This document shows positions 25,364 through 34,902 of a DNA stretch of 64,000 nt, one piece after another (positions within the stretch are counted from its first letter, which is position 1; every line of letters starts with the position of its first letter). Made by a program: the position numbers and the translations under genes. Source of the stretch: Bacteroidota bacterium. GTDB lineage: Bacteria; Bacteroidota; Bacteroidia; Chitinophagales; Chitinophagaceae. The stretch lies in assembly GCA_016706595.1 (NCBI GenBank), contig JADJJH010000007.1, positions 140,856-204,855 on the forward strand. The letters run 5' to 3'. Under the pieces are notes generated by a model that saw only the letters and a program-made list of their open reading frames with translations, ran no database searches and was not told the DNA's origin.

Positions 25364-26149
25364 ATGAATTTATCGCTGCACGAAAAAAATGCCCTTGTAT
25401 GTGGTAGCACCCAGGGTATTGGTTTTGCTATTGCTAAAGAACTTGCCTTGTTAGGTGCTAATTGTATTTTAATGGCACGTAATAAAGAAAGTTTACAAAC
25501 TGCATTGGCTCAATTGCATCAAGAAGGAACACAAAAACATGAGATACTTTGCGCCGATTTTTCAGATACCAATGCTGTAAAAACCATTGTGAATGAATTG
25601 GCGAGTAATAAAACTATTCATATTTTAATCAATAATACAGGTGGTCCGCCGGCCGGTAAAATTACGGATGCGAAGGATAGTGATTTTTTATCGGCACTCA
25701 ATTTGCATCTTATCAATAATCACAATTTGGCAACTGCCGTATTAGAAGGCATGAAGCAATCCAATTACGGACGAATTGTGAATATAGTTTCTACATCCGT
25801 AAAAATACCCTTACCAAATTTAGGTGTAAGTAATACCACGCGTGCGGCGGTTGCTGCTTGGGCTAAGACTTTAGCTAACGAAGTAGCCGTGAATGGCATT
25901 ACCGTAAATAATGTTTTACCTGGGGCAACGTCAACGGTTCGATTATCTTCTATCATCGAAAATAAATCCAATAAAACCGGTGCCGAAATTAAAACAGTTG
26001 AAGCCGAAATGCTACATGAAATTCCTATGCGCCGATTTGGATTAGCCGAAGAGATTGCCGCCATGGCCGCCTTTTTAACAACACCAGCTGCCGCTTATAT
26101 TACCGGTCAAAGCATTTGTGTGGATGGAGGTAGAACGGGATCAATATAG
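25364..26149 (+). CDS. SDR-family oxidoreductase
   Basis: 261 aa with the Rossmann motif GSTQGIGFAIA, NNTGG, and an SDR-like C-terminal core. Confidence 0.85.
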   Translation: MNLSLHEKNALVCGSTQGIGFAIAKELALLGANCILMARNKESLQTALAQLHQEGTQKHEILCADFSDTNAVKTIVNELASNKTIHILINNTGGPPAGKITDAKDSDFLSALNLHLINNHNLATAVLEGMKQSNYGRIVNIVSTSVKIPLPNLGVSNTTRAAVAAWAKTLANEVAVNGITVNNVLPGATSTVRLSSIIENKSNKTGAEIKTVEAEMLHEIPMRRFGLAEEIAAMAAFLTTPAAAYITGQSICVDGGRTGSI

Positions 26150-26153
26150 TGAA

Positions 26154-26274
26154 GGGCATCTTAAAAATTCTCTGATGCTTCGTTACTCGAATTTTGCAAA
26201 GCCCTTATTTACCTTAGTAAACGCGGTCTGTGCAAAATCCGAATGCCTCGCCTGAGAGGATTTTAAAGATACCC
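26154..26274. repeat. GCTTCGTTAYTCGAA-type palindromic intergenic element, full copy
   Basis: 121-bp imperfect palindrome: GGGCATCTTAAAAATTCTC...GATGCTTCGTTACTCGAATTTTGCA ... TGCAAAATCCGAATGCCTCGCC...GAGAGGATTTTAAAGATACCC. Confidence 0.65.
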
Positions 26275-26291
26275 TAAATCCTATTTAATTT

Positions 26292-26879
26292 ATGAAGCAA
26301 TTGTATTCATTTCTGTACTTAAAAATTGCAGCACTCTTCATACTTTTTTTTCAGATGAGTTGTTCGAATTTTAGCGAAACTGTAAAAGGTTTTGTTGACG
26401 AAGGCGTGCAAAGTGCCCGAACCGAATTAGCAAAAAAGGGAGAAGCTGCTCATGATGAATTTCAGAAAACTTATCATAGTTATAGTAAAACCTTAGCCGA
26501 TAGTATCCAGAAAAGTAAGTTAAATGAATTTTATTATTCTATTAAAGGCACTACATCGTTACTGGATAGTTTGATTGGCAGTATGGATAAATTGGATTAT
26601 CAAAACCCTGAAAATGTAGCGGTAGTAAAAGATATTTTTATTACTAAAGGTTGGGGGGATAGTGTTTTTATTTCAGTTCATAAATGCAATGGGTTGGCCA
26701 AGCAATTCGCACGAAATGATATGAAAGATTCGAAACTGAATAAGGTGTTTAAGAATTACACAAAGGAAAACAATCAGCAAATGTTTGCATTGAATAGTCC
26801 ACTTGGTGTAAGCCTTTTATTGTCGAATACAAAAATTGAGATGTTAGAGGGAGCCACTGAGTGTATGAATTATGAATGA
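26292..26879 (+). CDS. Hypothetical lipoprotein (195 aa)
   Basis: Signal peptide ending in FFQMSC (lipobox-like). Confidence 0.5.
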   Translation: MKQLYSFLYLKIAALFILFFQMSCSNFSETVKGFVDEGVQSARTELAKKGEAAHDEFQKTYHSYSKTLADSIQKSKLNEFYYSIKGTTSLLDSLIGSMDKLDYQNPENVAVVKDIFITKGWGDSVFISVHKCNGLAKQFARNDMKDSKLNKVFKNYTKENNQQMFALNSPLGVSLLLSNTKIEMLEGATECMNYE

Positions 26880-26989
26880 CTTAGATACTCTTCCGCATTG
26901 TCATCAACTTTTCATTTTTTAGATGTGAAACCTTTATTTGATATACTTTTCATACAGATTGAAATATCTTCACATGCAAATCTATCAGC

Positions 26990-29533
26990 ATGAAAACTAT
27001 ATTATACCAGAGTCCATTTTTTATTTTTCTGTGCTTCGCGATATTTTCAAATCAAACTATTAAATCTCAATCACCAACTTCGTGGAATTATAGTGGCATT
27101 GGTGGAGGCGGTGCATTATTTTCTCCATCTATCAATCCGCTAAATAGTAGCGAATTGTATGTGTCATGTGATATGGGTGGTTTATATCATACTACCAATA
27201 GTGCCGATACTTGGCAACTCATACCTCATACACAAATGCGTGGTGGTTGGCGAAGCAAAATAAATTTTACCAACAATGCATCCATACGTTATTCATTAAG
27301 TTACAAGGCTAATGGAATTCAAGATCAAATTACGCCTTGTAAATCCATGGATGGTGGTATTACTTGGAATAAATTGGTAGGCAACCCCGATGATAACGAA
27401 GAATTATTTGCTTTATATGCGAACTACGATAATCCGAATCAGGTAATAATTAGTCAGTGGAGAGATATTTATTTTTCGAATGATGGCGGCACAACTTTTA
27501 GTTTAGTGTATACCGGATTAAGTAGTGGAGCTGGTTGTAAACTAAGTGGTGTTTGTTGGGATGGAAGCAATATTTATTTAGGTACCAATGATGGCATTAT
27601 TAGAAGTACGAATAGCGGTGCAAGCTTTAGTTTGTTTACAACCGGAGGTATCATTAGCTCGCAAGTAATTAGTTCATTTGCCGCGGCGAGAGAAGGCGGT
27701 GTTTTACGATTTTATGCCCTCACAAGTAATGCAGCTGATGTATATAATGGAGATGAATTTGATTTTTATCAATACATGCAAGGCGTTTATAAAATGGATA
27801 ATGCCAGTGGCGTTTGGAATACGGTTTGGAATGGATTGGATGCAACAACGCAATATGGCAAGCGAATTACAATGGCAAGTAATGATATTGATATCGTTTA
27901 CATTTCGGGTGAAACAAGTGGCGGTTATCCGATGGTATTAAAGACAACTAATTCAGGTACTATATGGAACCCTATTTTTACTACTACAAACAATCAAAAT
28001 ATTTATACAGGTTGGTGTGGCACAGGTGGTGATGTAGGTTGGACATGGGCCGAACTATTATTTGGTATGGAGGTGAGTGCCCTCGATGCAAATAAATTAG
28101 CCATTAGCGATTATGGTTTTGTACATACTTCAACAGATGGTGGATTAAATTGGCATCAAGCCTATACAAGAACATCTTATGAAAATCCTTCTGCTGTTTC
28201 AACACCCACAAAAAAAGCATACCAAAGTGCCGGTGACTTAAATCAAGTGAGTGTTTGGCAAGTATATTGGATGGATAGTTTACGAATGTGGAGTTGTGCA
28301 TCGGATATCAAAGGCACAAGAAGTAATGATAAAGGAAATACCTGGAGTTTTAATTATACCGGACATACAGAAAACACATCGTATCGTATTATTCGCAATA
28401 TAAACAACGATAATATTTTGTATGTGGCTACAGCTAGTGTACACGATATTTATCAGAGTGCTCGTTTAGCCGATGGGCAATTAGATGCAAGCGGTAATAC
28501 CGGTTCAATTAAGTTTAGTAGTGATAAAGGGCAAACTTGGCAAGTGATGCACGACTTTAGCGATATAGTTTGTTGGGTAGCCACCGACCCAAATGATGCC
28601 AATATATTATACGCATCGGTAGTTAATAGTAGTAATGGGAATGGGGGCATTTGGAAATGTGCAAACGCATCTGCAGGAGCAAGTTCAGCCTGGACCAAGC
28701 TTTCCAACCCACCACGAACCGAAGGACATCCATATAATATTGTTGTGCTTAATGATGGTAAGGTATTGGTAAGTTATAGCGGCCATCGTGATCCCGGATT
28801 TACCGCAAGCAGTGGTGTTTTTTTATACGATCCAATTAGCATGAGCTGGCAAGATAAAAGTGATGCGGGTATGTTTTACTGGACGCAAGATGTGATCGTT
28901 GACCCGCATGATGCCACTCAAAATATTTGGTATGCTTGCGTGTATGAAGGATGGGGAAGTGCTGCTACGCAAGGTGTTGGCGGGATTTATAAAACCATGA
29001 ATCGGGGTACAAGTTGGACAAGAATTTGGAATAATGAACGTTGTCATTCAGTTACAATTTCCCCCGTTTGGGCTAACGAAATATATGTCAGTACCGAGTA
29101 TCATGGTTTATTGTATTGTAATAATCTTACCTCAGCAAGTCCCACTTTTTCGCCAACTAATTATCCTTTTCGCAATGCGTTACGTACTTTTTTTAATCCG
29201 TATACCAACGAATTATGGGCTTGCGGTTTTGGTGGCGGAATGATGAAAGGAAGTTTTATAAATAGTGGTATTCGTGAAATTGAAAATCATTTTCAGGTAA
29301 GCTTATATCCTAATCCTGTACATGATGAAATTACAATCACAGGCACCAATCAATTAGCTAGTATCCGTTTATTAAATCTACAAGGTGATTGTATATTTTA
29401 TCACAAAGTTTCTGAACCAATTGGATTAACTGTTACTATCAATTTGCCACAAAGTATAAGCAAAGGCATTTACATGTTGGAAGTTGAAAGTAAGCTAGGG
29501 GACAAAGAGACAAGGAAAATTATTGTTGAATAA
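26990..29533 (+). CDS. Secreted BNR/Asp-box repeat beta-propeller protein with T9SS type A C-terminal sorting domain
   Basis: 847 aa with a signal peptide and at least 9 Asp-box motifs (SxDxGxTW type, e.g. SMDGGITWN, STDGGLNWH, SSDKGQTWQ). The C-terminus reads LYPNPVHDEITITG...GIYMLEVES...KIIVE. Confidence 0.65.
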   Translation: MKTILYQSPFFIFLCFAIFSNQTIKSQSPTSWNYSGIGGGGALFSPSINPLNSSELYVSCDMGGLYHTTNSADTWQLIPHTQMRGGWRSKINFTNNASIRYSLSYKANGIQDQITPCKSMDGGITWNKLVGNPDDNEELFALYANYDNPNQVIISQWRDIYFSNDGGTTFSLVYTGLSSGAGCKLSGVCWDGSNIYLGTNDGIIRSTNSGASFSLFTTGGIISSQVISSFAAAREGGVLRFYALTSNAADVYNGDEFDFYQYMQGVYKMDNASGVWNTVWNGLDATTQYGKRITMASNDIDIVYISGETSGGYPMVLKTTNSGTIWNPIFTTTNNQNIYTGWCGTGGDVGWTWAELLFGMEVSALDANKLAISDYGFVHTSTDGGLNWHQAYTRTSYENPSAVSTPTKKAYQSAGDLNQVSVWQVYWMDSLRMWSCASDIKGTRSNDKGNTWSFNYTGHTENTSYRIIRNINNDNILYVATASVHDIYQSARLADGQLDASGNTGSIKFSSDKGQTWQVMHDFSDIVCWVATDPNDANILYASVVNSSNGNGGIWKCANASAGASSAWTKLSNPPRTEGHPYNIVVLNDGKVLVSYSGHRDPGFTASSGVFLYDPISMSWQDKSDAGMFYWTQDVIVDPHDATQNIWYACVYEGWGSAATQGVGGIYKTMNRGTSWTRIWNNERCHSVTISPVWANEIYVSTEYHGLLYCNNLTSASPTFSPTNYPFRNALRTFFNPYTNELWACGFGGGMMKGSFINSGIREIENHFQVSLYPNPVHDEITITGTNQLASIRLLNLQGDCIFYHKVSEPIGLTVTINLPQSISKGIYMLEVESKLGDKETRKIIVE

Positions 29534-29614
29534 ATTGATGTGAGTGAAATGGTACTATTTGAAGAACGATGTAAGAACTAAATTATTCTTACTTTTGGAG
29601 TTCACTACTAGCAT

Positions 29615-31090
29615 ATGAATCTCAGTAATTATCAATACATACAAAACTATATCGGCGGCGAATTAATTGAACCACTTAGTAAAGTTTATCTCGATAATAT
29701 TAATCCGGCAACGGGCGAAAAATTCGGACAAATTCCTAATAGTAATTCAGATGATGTAGATCGTGCAGTAAGTGCAGCAAAAAAAGCTTTTCCATCATGG
29801 AGTACCACAACGCCAGAATTTCGATTTAAAATATTGAATCGAATTGCAGAATTAATAGATGATAATTTACATGCCTTAGCCTTAGCCGAAACCACAGATA
29901 ATGGGAAACCTTTGTGGTTAAGCAAACGAGTTGATATTCCTCGTGCCTCAAGTAATTTTAGATTTTTTGCCACCGCTATCATGCATTTCGCATCTGAAAG
30001 TCATAGCATGGAAAACGAAGCCATCAATTATACATTGCGTCAGCCGGTTGGTATTGTGGGTTGTATATCGCCATGGAATTTGCCTTTGTATTTATTTACT
30101 TGGAAGATAGCGCCCGCCTTGGCGGCTGGAAATTGTGTAATTGCAAAACCCAGTGAAGTAACTCCTTTAAGTTCATTTTTATTAAGTAAAATTTGTATCG
30201 AAGCAGGATTGCCTGAAGGGGTATTAAATATTTTGCACGGCGATGGACCAAGTTGTGGTTCATCGATTGTGGCGCATCCTGAAATTAAAGCGATATCATT
30301 TACCGGTAGTACCAGAGCGGGAAAAAATATTGCAGAGATTGCTGCCCCGATGTTTAAGAAATTGTCATTAGAATTAGGGGGCAAAAACCCAAACGTTATT
30401 TTTGCTGATTGTGATTGGGACAAGATGATAAAAACCACTTTACAATCATCGTTTTCAAATCAAGGACAAATTTGTTTATGCGGAAGTAGAATCATTATTG
30501 AAAAAAGCATCTACGAAAAATTTAAAATTGATTTTCTGGCAGGGGTAAAAAAACTAAAAGTCGGTGATCCGATGGATGATGCTTCGAAGCAAGGAGCGGT
30601 AGTAAGTAAATTGCATTTTGATAAAGTGATAGGATGTATTGAACAAGCTAAACAAGAAGGAGGCACGATATTAATAGGAGGTAATGCGGTGCAACCTGAA
30701 GGCCGTTGCGCCAATGGATACTTTATTGAACCAACAGTGATTGAAGGTTTAGGCGCGCATTGTAAAACCAATATGGAAGAAATTTTTGGACCTGTGGTTA
30801 CCTTACAAACGTTTGAAACCGAGGAGGAGGCGTTAACCCTTGCCAATTGCAGTGATTATGGATTAGCATCCACACTTTGGACACAAGATATTTCGCGCGC
30901 AAATCGTATGGCACAAAAAATTAATGCCGGTATAATATGGGTAAATTGTTGGTTGCTTCGCGATTTACGAACACCTTTTGGTGGTGTAAAAAATAGTGGT
31001 GTGGGTCGTGAAGGTGGATGGGATGCGATGCGATTTTTTACAGAGGCAAAAAATGTTTGTGTGCATTTTGGAAGCGATGCTCATCGATAA
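29615..31090 (+). CDS. NAD(P)-dependent aldehyde dehydrogenase
   Basis: 491 aa. Contains ELGGKNP and FSNQGQICLCGSR (catalytic Cys), plus EEIFGPV. Confidence 0.9.
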   Translation: MNLSNYQYIQNYIGGELIEPLSKVYLDNINPATGEKFGQIPNSNSDDVDRAVSAAKKAFPSWSTTTPEFRFKILNRIAELIDDNLHALALAETTDNGKPLWLSKRVDIPRASSNFRFFATAIMHFASESHSMENEAINYTLRQPVGIVGCISPWNLPLYLFTWKIAPALAAGNCVIAKPSEVTPLSSFLLSKICIEAGLPEGVLNILHGDGPSCGSSIVAHPEIKAISFTGSTRAGKNIAEIAAPMFKKLSLELGGKNPNVIFADCDWDKMIKTTLQSSFSNQGQICLCGSRIIIEKSIYEKFKIDFLAGVKKLKVGDPMDDASKQGAVVSKLHFDKVIGCIEQAKQEGGTILIGGNAVQPEGRCANGYFIEPTVIEGLGAHCKTNMEEIFGPVVTLQTFETEEEALTLANCSDYGLASTLWTQDISRANRMAQKINAGIIWVNCWLLRDLRTPFGGVKNSGVGREGGWDAMRFFTEAKNVCVHFGSDAHR

Positions 31091-31183
31091 GGATTGGATT
31101 TATTGGTATCAGGAGTTCGTAATTCGGGGTTTGGGGTTCGCAACACCTTAACCACATAACTCACAAACACACTAACACTTTCC

Positions 31184-33829
31184 TCAATCCAATATCGGTC
31201 GCAACCATTTAGTTGCTTCTTCAGTGGTCATAGCTTTTCGAGCAGCATAATCTTGTAATTGGTCGGCCTCAATTTTTCCTACCCCAAAATATTTACTTTC
31301 AGCATTAGCAAAATACCAACCACAAACCGAGGATGCAGGATACATAGCTAAAGATTCGGTAAGATCGATACCTATTTGATTTTTTACATCTAATAATTCA
31401 AATAGTTTTAGTTTTTCGGTATGGTCCGGACAAGCTGGGTAACCCGGTGCCGGTCGAATACCTTGATAGCTTTCTTTAATGAGGGCATCATTATCTAAAC
31501 TTTCATTTTGTGTATAGCCCCAATAATCCGTTCTTACTTTTTTGTGTAAACACTCAGCTAAGGCTTCGGCTAATCTATCAGCTAATGATTGCAGCATAAT
31601 TTTATGGTAATCATCATGTTCTGTTTCAAACTTGGCTAAATGTGGTTCAATACCTTTTATGGTAACGGCAAATGCGCCTAAATAATCTTTTCCTACAGGA
31701 GAAACAAAATCGGCTAAACATACATTAGGTTGGCCGGCTGCTTTTTGAATTTGTTGTCGAAGAAAATGAAGGGTTTGGGTTTTATTATCTTCATTATCTA
31801 AAGTAATCACCACATCATCACCTTCACTTTTCGCTGCCCAAATACCCAATACGGCTTCAGGCTGTAGCCAATTCTCTGCAACAATTTTCGTTAGTAAGGC
31901 ATTGGCATCATGGTATAATTTTGTAGCTTCGGTGCCAACTTTTTCATCTTGCAAAATACCCGGAAATTTTCCATGCATTTCCCAAGTAATAAAAAACGGT
32001 GTCCAATCGATATACTCAACTAATTCAGCAATCGAAATATCATGTATCACTTTTACGCCTTTTAGTTTTGGCTCAAAAGGGGTAAAGGTTTTCCAATCGA
32101 TGGCGAATTTATTTTCACGCGCTTTTTCAATCGTCAAATAATTTTTAACCAATTTTCGTTGGGTAAAATCTTCCCGCAGTTTTACATATTCATCTTTGGT
32201 TTTTTGAAGCAGTGCAGTTTTGTTTTCATTTAATAAATCACTAACCACGGTTACACTTCGCGAAGCATCCAAAACATGCAACACACCTTCATCGTAATGT
32301 TCAGCAATTTTTACTGCGGTATGCATACGCGAAGTAGTAGCGCCACCAATCAATAAAGGGATATTCATTTTTCTTCGTTTCATTTCATGTGCGATATGCA
32401 CCATTTCATCTAATGAGGGTGTAATCAATCCACTTAAACCGATAATATCGGCTTTCAAGCGAATGGCCTCATCTAAAATTTTATCTGCAGGAACCATCAC
32501 ACCTAAGTCGATGATTTTATAACCATTACATCCTAGTACCACACCTACAATATTTTTACCGATATCATGCACATCGCCTTTTACAGTAGCCATTAAAACA
32601 GTGCCGGCACCATGTGTTTCGCTAGCCGGGGGCATAAAGGGTTCTAAGTAAGCAACACTTTTTTTCATTACCCTAGCACTTTTTACTACTTGAGGTAAAA
32701 ACATTTTTCCGCTGCCAAATAAATCGCCAACAACATTCATCCCTTTCATTAGTGGGCCTTCGATTACATCTAATGGCTTTGCATAAAACTGTCGTGCTGC
32801 TTCGGTGTCTTCATCAATAAATTCGGTAATACCATGCACAAGGGCATGCACCAATCTATCCTCAACATTTTTTTCGCGCCAGCTATTATCTGCCCCTAAG
32901 GCCGTAGTTCCTTTTTTATCTTTTAAGTTTTCGGCAAAGCGAATTAAATTATCGGTTGCATCGGCATGCTTATTAAAAAGCACGTCTTCGATTAAGTTTT
33001 TAAGTTCAGGTAGAATATCATCATACAAAGGCAAGGCACCTGCATTAATTATACCCATGCCCATACCGGCTTGTATGGCATGATATAAAAAAATACTATG
33101 CATGGCTTCGCGTACATAATTATTTCCGCGGAATGAAAAAGAAAGATTGCTAACACCGCCACTGATGGTTGTACCCGGAAAGCGTTTTTTTAATTCACGT
33201 GTGGCTTCAATAAAATCGAGGGCATAGGTAAGATGTTCTTCGAGTCCGGTGGCAATAGCAAAAATATTAGGATCGAATATAATATCCGAAGGAACGAAAT
33301 GTAATTGTTGTGTAAGAATTTGATAGGCACGGTCGCACACTTCTAATCTTCTTGCCAAGGTGTCGGCTTGGCCTTTTTCGTCAAATGCCATAACAACAAC
33401 CGCGGCACCAAACATTTTACAAATTTCGGCCTGACGAATGAAAGCTTCTTCGCCTTCTTTCAACGAAATGGAATTTACTACACATTTCCCTTGCACACAT
33501 TTTAGTCCGGCTTCAATAATTTTAAACTTACTACTATCAATCATGATAGGCACTTTTGCGATAGAGGGTTCGGCTTGAAGCAAATTAAGGTAGGTTACCA
33601 TTGCTTTTTCGCCATCTAGTAAAGCATCGTCCATGTTGATATCGATAATTTGCGCACCATTATCTACTTGCTGTAATGCTACGGTAAGGGCTTCTTCGTA
33701 TTTATCGTTGCGAATCAATTCGGCAAATTTTTTCGAGCCGGTAACATTGGTTCGTTCGCCCACATTGATAAAATTGCTTCCTTCAAAAATGGGTAAGGGT
33801 TCTAAGCCTGCTATATGTAGTGTATTCAT
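31184..33829 (-). CDS. metH: Methionine synthase, pterin-binding + B12-binding + AdoMet-activation domains (lacks the Hcy domain)
   Basis: Starts [15 protein letters not shown] (the ATG at 33829 is preferred over the TTG at 33862). B12 motif [10 protein letters not shown]...[10 protein letters not shown]. The C-terminal activation domain contains [12 protein letters not shown]. Confidence 0.9.
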   Translation of the reverse strand: MNTLHIAGLEPLPIFEGSNFINVGERTNVTGSKKFAELIRNDKYEEALTVALQQVDNGAQIIDINMDDALLDGEKAMVTYLNLLQAEPSIAKVPIMIDSSKFKIIEAGLKCVQGKCVVNSISLKEGEEAFIRQAEICKMFGAAVVVMAFDEKGQADTLARRLEVCDRAYQILTQQLHFVPSDIIFDPNIFAIATGLEEHLTYALDFIEATRELKKRFPGTTISGGVSNLSFSFRGNNYVREAMHSIFLYHAIQAGMGMGIINAGALPLYDDILPELKNLIEDVLFNKHADATDNLIRFAENLKDKKGTTALGADNSWREKNVEDRLVHALVHGITEFIDEDTEAARQFYAKPLDVIEGPLMKGMNVVGDLFGSGKMFLPQVVKSARVMKKSVAYLEPFMPPASETHGAGTVLMATVKGDVHDIGKNIVGVVLGCNGYKIIDLGVMVPADKILDEAIRLKADIIGLSGLITPSLDEMVHIAHEMKRRKMNIPLLIGGATTSRMHTAVKIAEHYDEGVLHVLDASRSVTVVSDLLNENKTALLQKTKDEYVKLREDFTQRKLVKNYLTIEKARENKFAIDWKTFTPFEPKLKGVKVIHDISIAELVEYIDWTPFFITWEMHGKFPGILQDEKVGTEATKLYHDANALLTKIVAENWLQPEAVLGIWAAKSEGDDVVITLDNEDNKTQTLHFLRQQIQKAAGQPNVCLADFVSPVGKDYLGAFAVTIKGIEPHLAKFETEHDDYHKIMLQSLADRLAEALAECLHKKVRTDYWGYTQNESLDNDALIKESYQGIRPAPGYPACPDHTEKLKLFELLDVKNQIGIDLTESLAMYPASSVCGWYFANAESKYFGVGKIEADQLQDYAARKAMTTEEATKWLRPILD

Positions 33830-33859
33830 TGTAAATGTATGTTGGCAAATATATTCATA

Positions 33860-34006
33860 CAATCTTCAATCTTCAATTTACAATCTTCAATTGTCAAATA
33901 TCAATCTTCAATTTTCAGTTATCAATTCTCGCATATTCAGAATTAACTCAATAGCACAGATTATTGACCGAAGACTGTAAATTGAAGATTGTAGATTGAA
34001 GACTGA
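33860..34006. repeat. CAATCTTCAAT palindromic repeat, copy B
   Basis: Four forward units (CAATCTTCAATCTTCAATTTACAATCTTCAATTGTCAAATATCAATCTTCAATTTTCAG), a ~50-nt spacer, then inverted units (GAAGACTGTAAATTGAAGATTGTAGATTGAAGACTG). Lies between divergent metH and lpxH. Confidence 0.8.
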
Positions 34007-34036
34007 TAATTGTAGTTTGAACTCTATCTTTGTCGC

Positions 34037-34798
34037 ATGCCCACTCGTGTTGATTTATTTCCTGGTAAAAAAATTTATTTTGCTTCAGACTTTCATTTTG
34101 GGATACCGGATTATAAAGCTACACGGGAACGCGAAGTAAGAGTTTGTAATTGGTTGGATGAAATAAAATCCGATGCGCAACAAATTTATCTTTTGGGCGA
34201 TTTATTCGATTCGTGGATGGAATATAAAAGAGTAGTTCCTAAAGGTTCGGTTCGATTTTTTGGGAAGTTAGCCGAATTGTCGGATGCCGGTATTGACTTG
34301 ATTATTTTTACGGGTAACCACGATTTATGGGTGACCGATTATTTTGAAACGGAACTAAATGCTAGGGTTTATCACGATCCGATTACTTGTGAACTAGGCG
34401 GAAAACGTTTTCATTTGGCACATGGTGATGGTTTAGTAAAGCAAGAGGGGATTTATAGAATGATGAAGGCAGTTTTTCGTCACCCACTTAGTAGGTTCAT
34501 TTACAGGCAGTTACATCCGGATCTAGGGTTACGTCTTGCTGATTTTTTTAGCAGGCTTGGACCCAAACATAAATCCGAAGAACAACAGATGCTACCTGCC
34601 GAGCAAGAGTATCAACTTATTTATGCAAATGAGTTACTGAAAACTTCACACTACGATTATTTTATTTTTGGTCATCGCCATGTGCCATGTACGCTGAAGC
34701 TTAGTGATAGCAGTACTTTCATAAATTTAGGTGATTGGATAAGCTTTGACACCTATGCCGTATTTGATGGTATAGAAACCCGCTTATTAAAATATTGA
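34037..34798 (+). CDS. lpxH: UDP-2,3-diacylglucosamine diphosphatase (calcineurin-like metallophosphoesterase)
   Basis: 253 aa. Contains FASDFHFG, LLGDLFD, GNHD, HGD and GHRH. Confidence 0.8.
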   Translation: MPTRVDLFPGKKIYFASDFHFGIPDYKATREREVRVCNWLDEIKSDAQQIYLLGDLFDSWMEYKRVVPKGSVRFFGKLAELSDAGIDLIIFTGNHDLWVTDYFETELNARVYHDPITCELGGKRFHLAHGDGLVKQEGIYRMMKAVFRHPLSRFIYRQLHPDLGLRLADFFSRLGPKHKSEEQQMLPAEQEYQLIYANELLKTSHYDYFIFGHRHVPCTLKLSDSSTFINLGDWISFDTYAVFDGIETRLLKY

Positions 34799-34902
34799 AA
34801 TAACATGACAAAAAAAGTTTGTGCTGCAGGGCTTTTCACATTACTTTAGCCTTTTGAATACAAAAAATAACATTTCGTTGTTCATACAGTAATACATTTA
34901 TT

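Noticed and set aside
33633-33980. 115-aa plus-strand ORF spanning the metH start and the repeat array
   Set aside because: It is antisense to the metH 5' end and then runs through the CAATCTTCAAT repeats (giving [17 protein letters not shown]). It is a repeat-driven artefact.
33860-34006. Tandem short repeats considered as a CRISPR array
   Set aside because: The units are only ~11 nt with no unique spacers of CRISPR size. The array is palindromic, with inverted units on the other side, and no cas genes are nearby.
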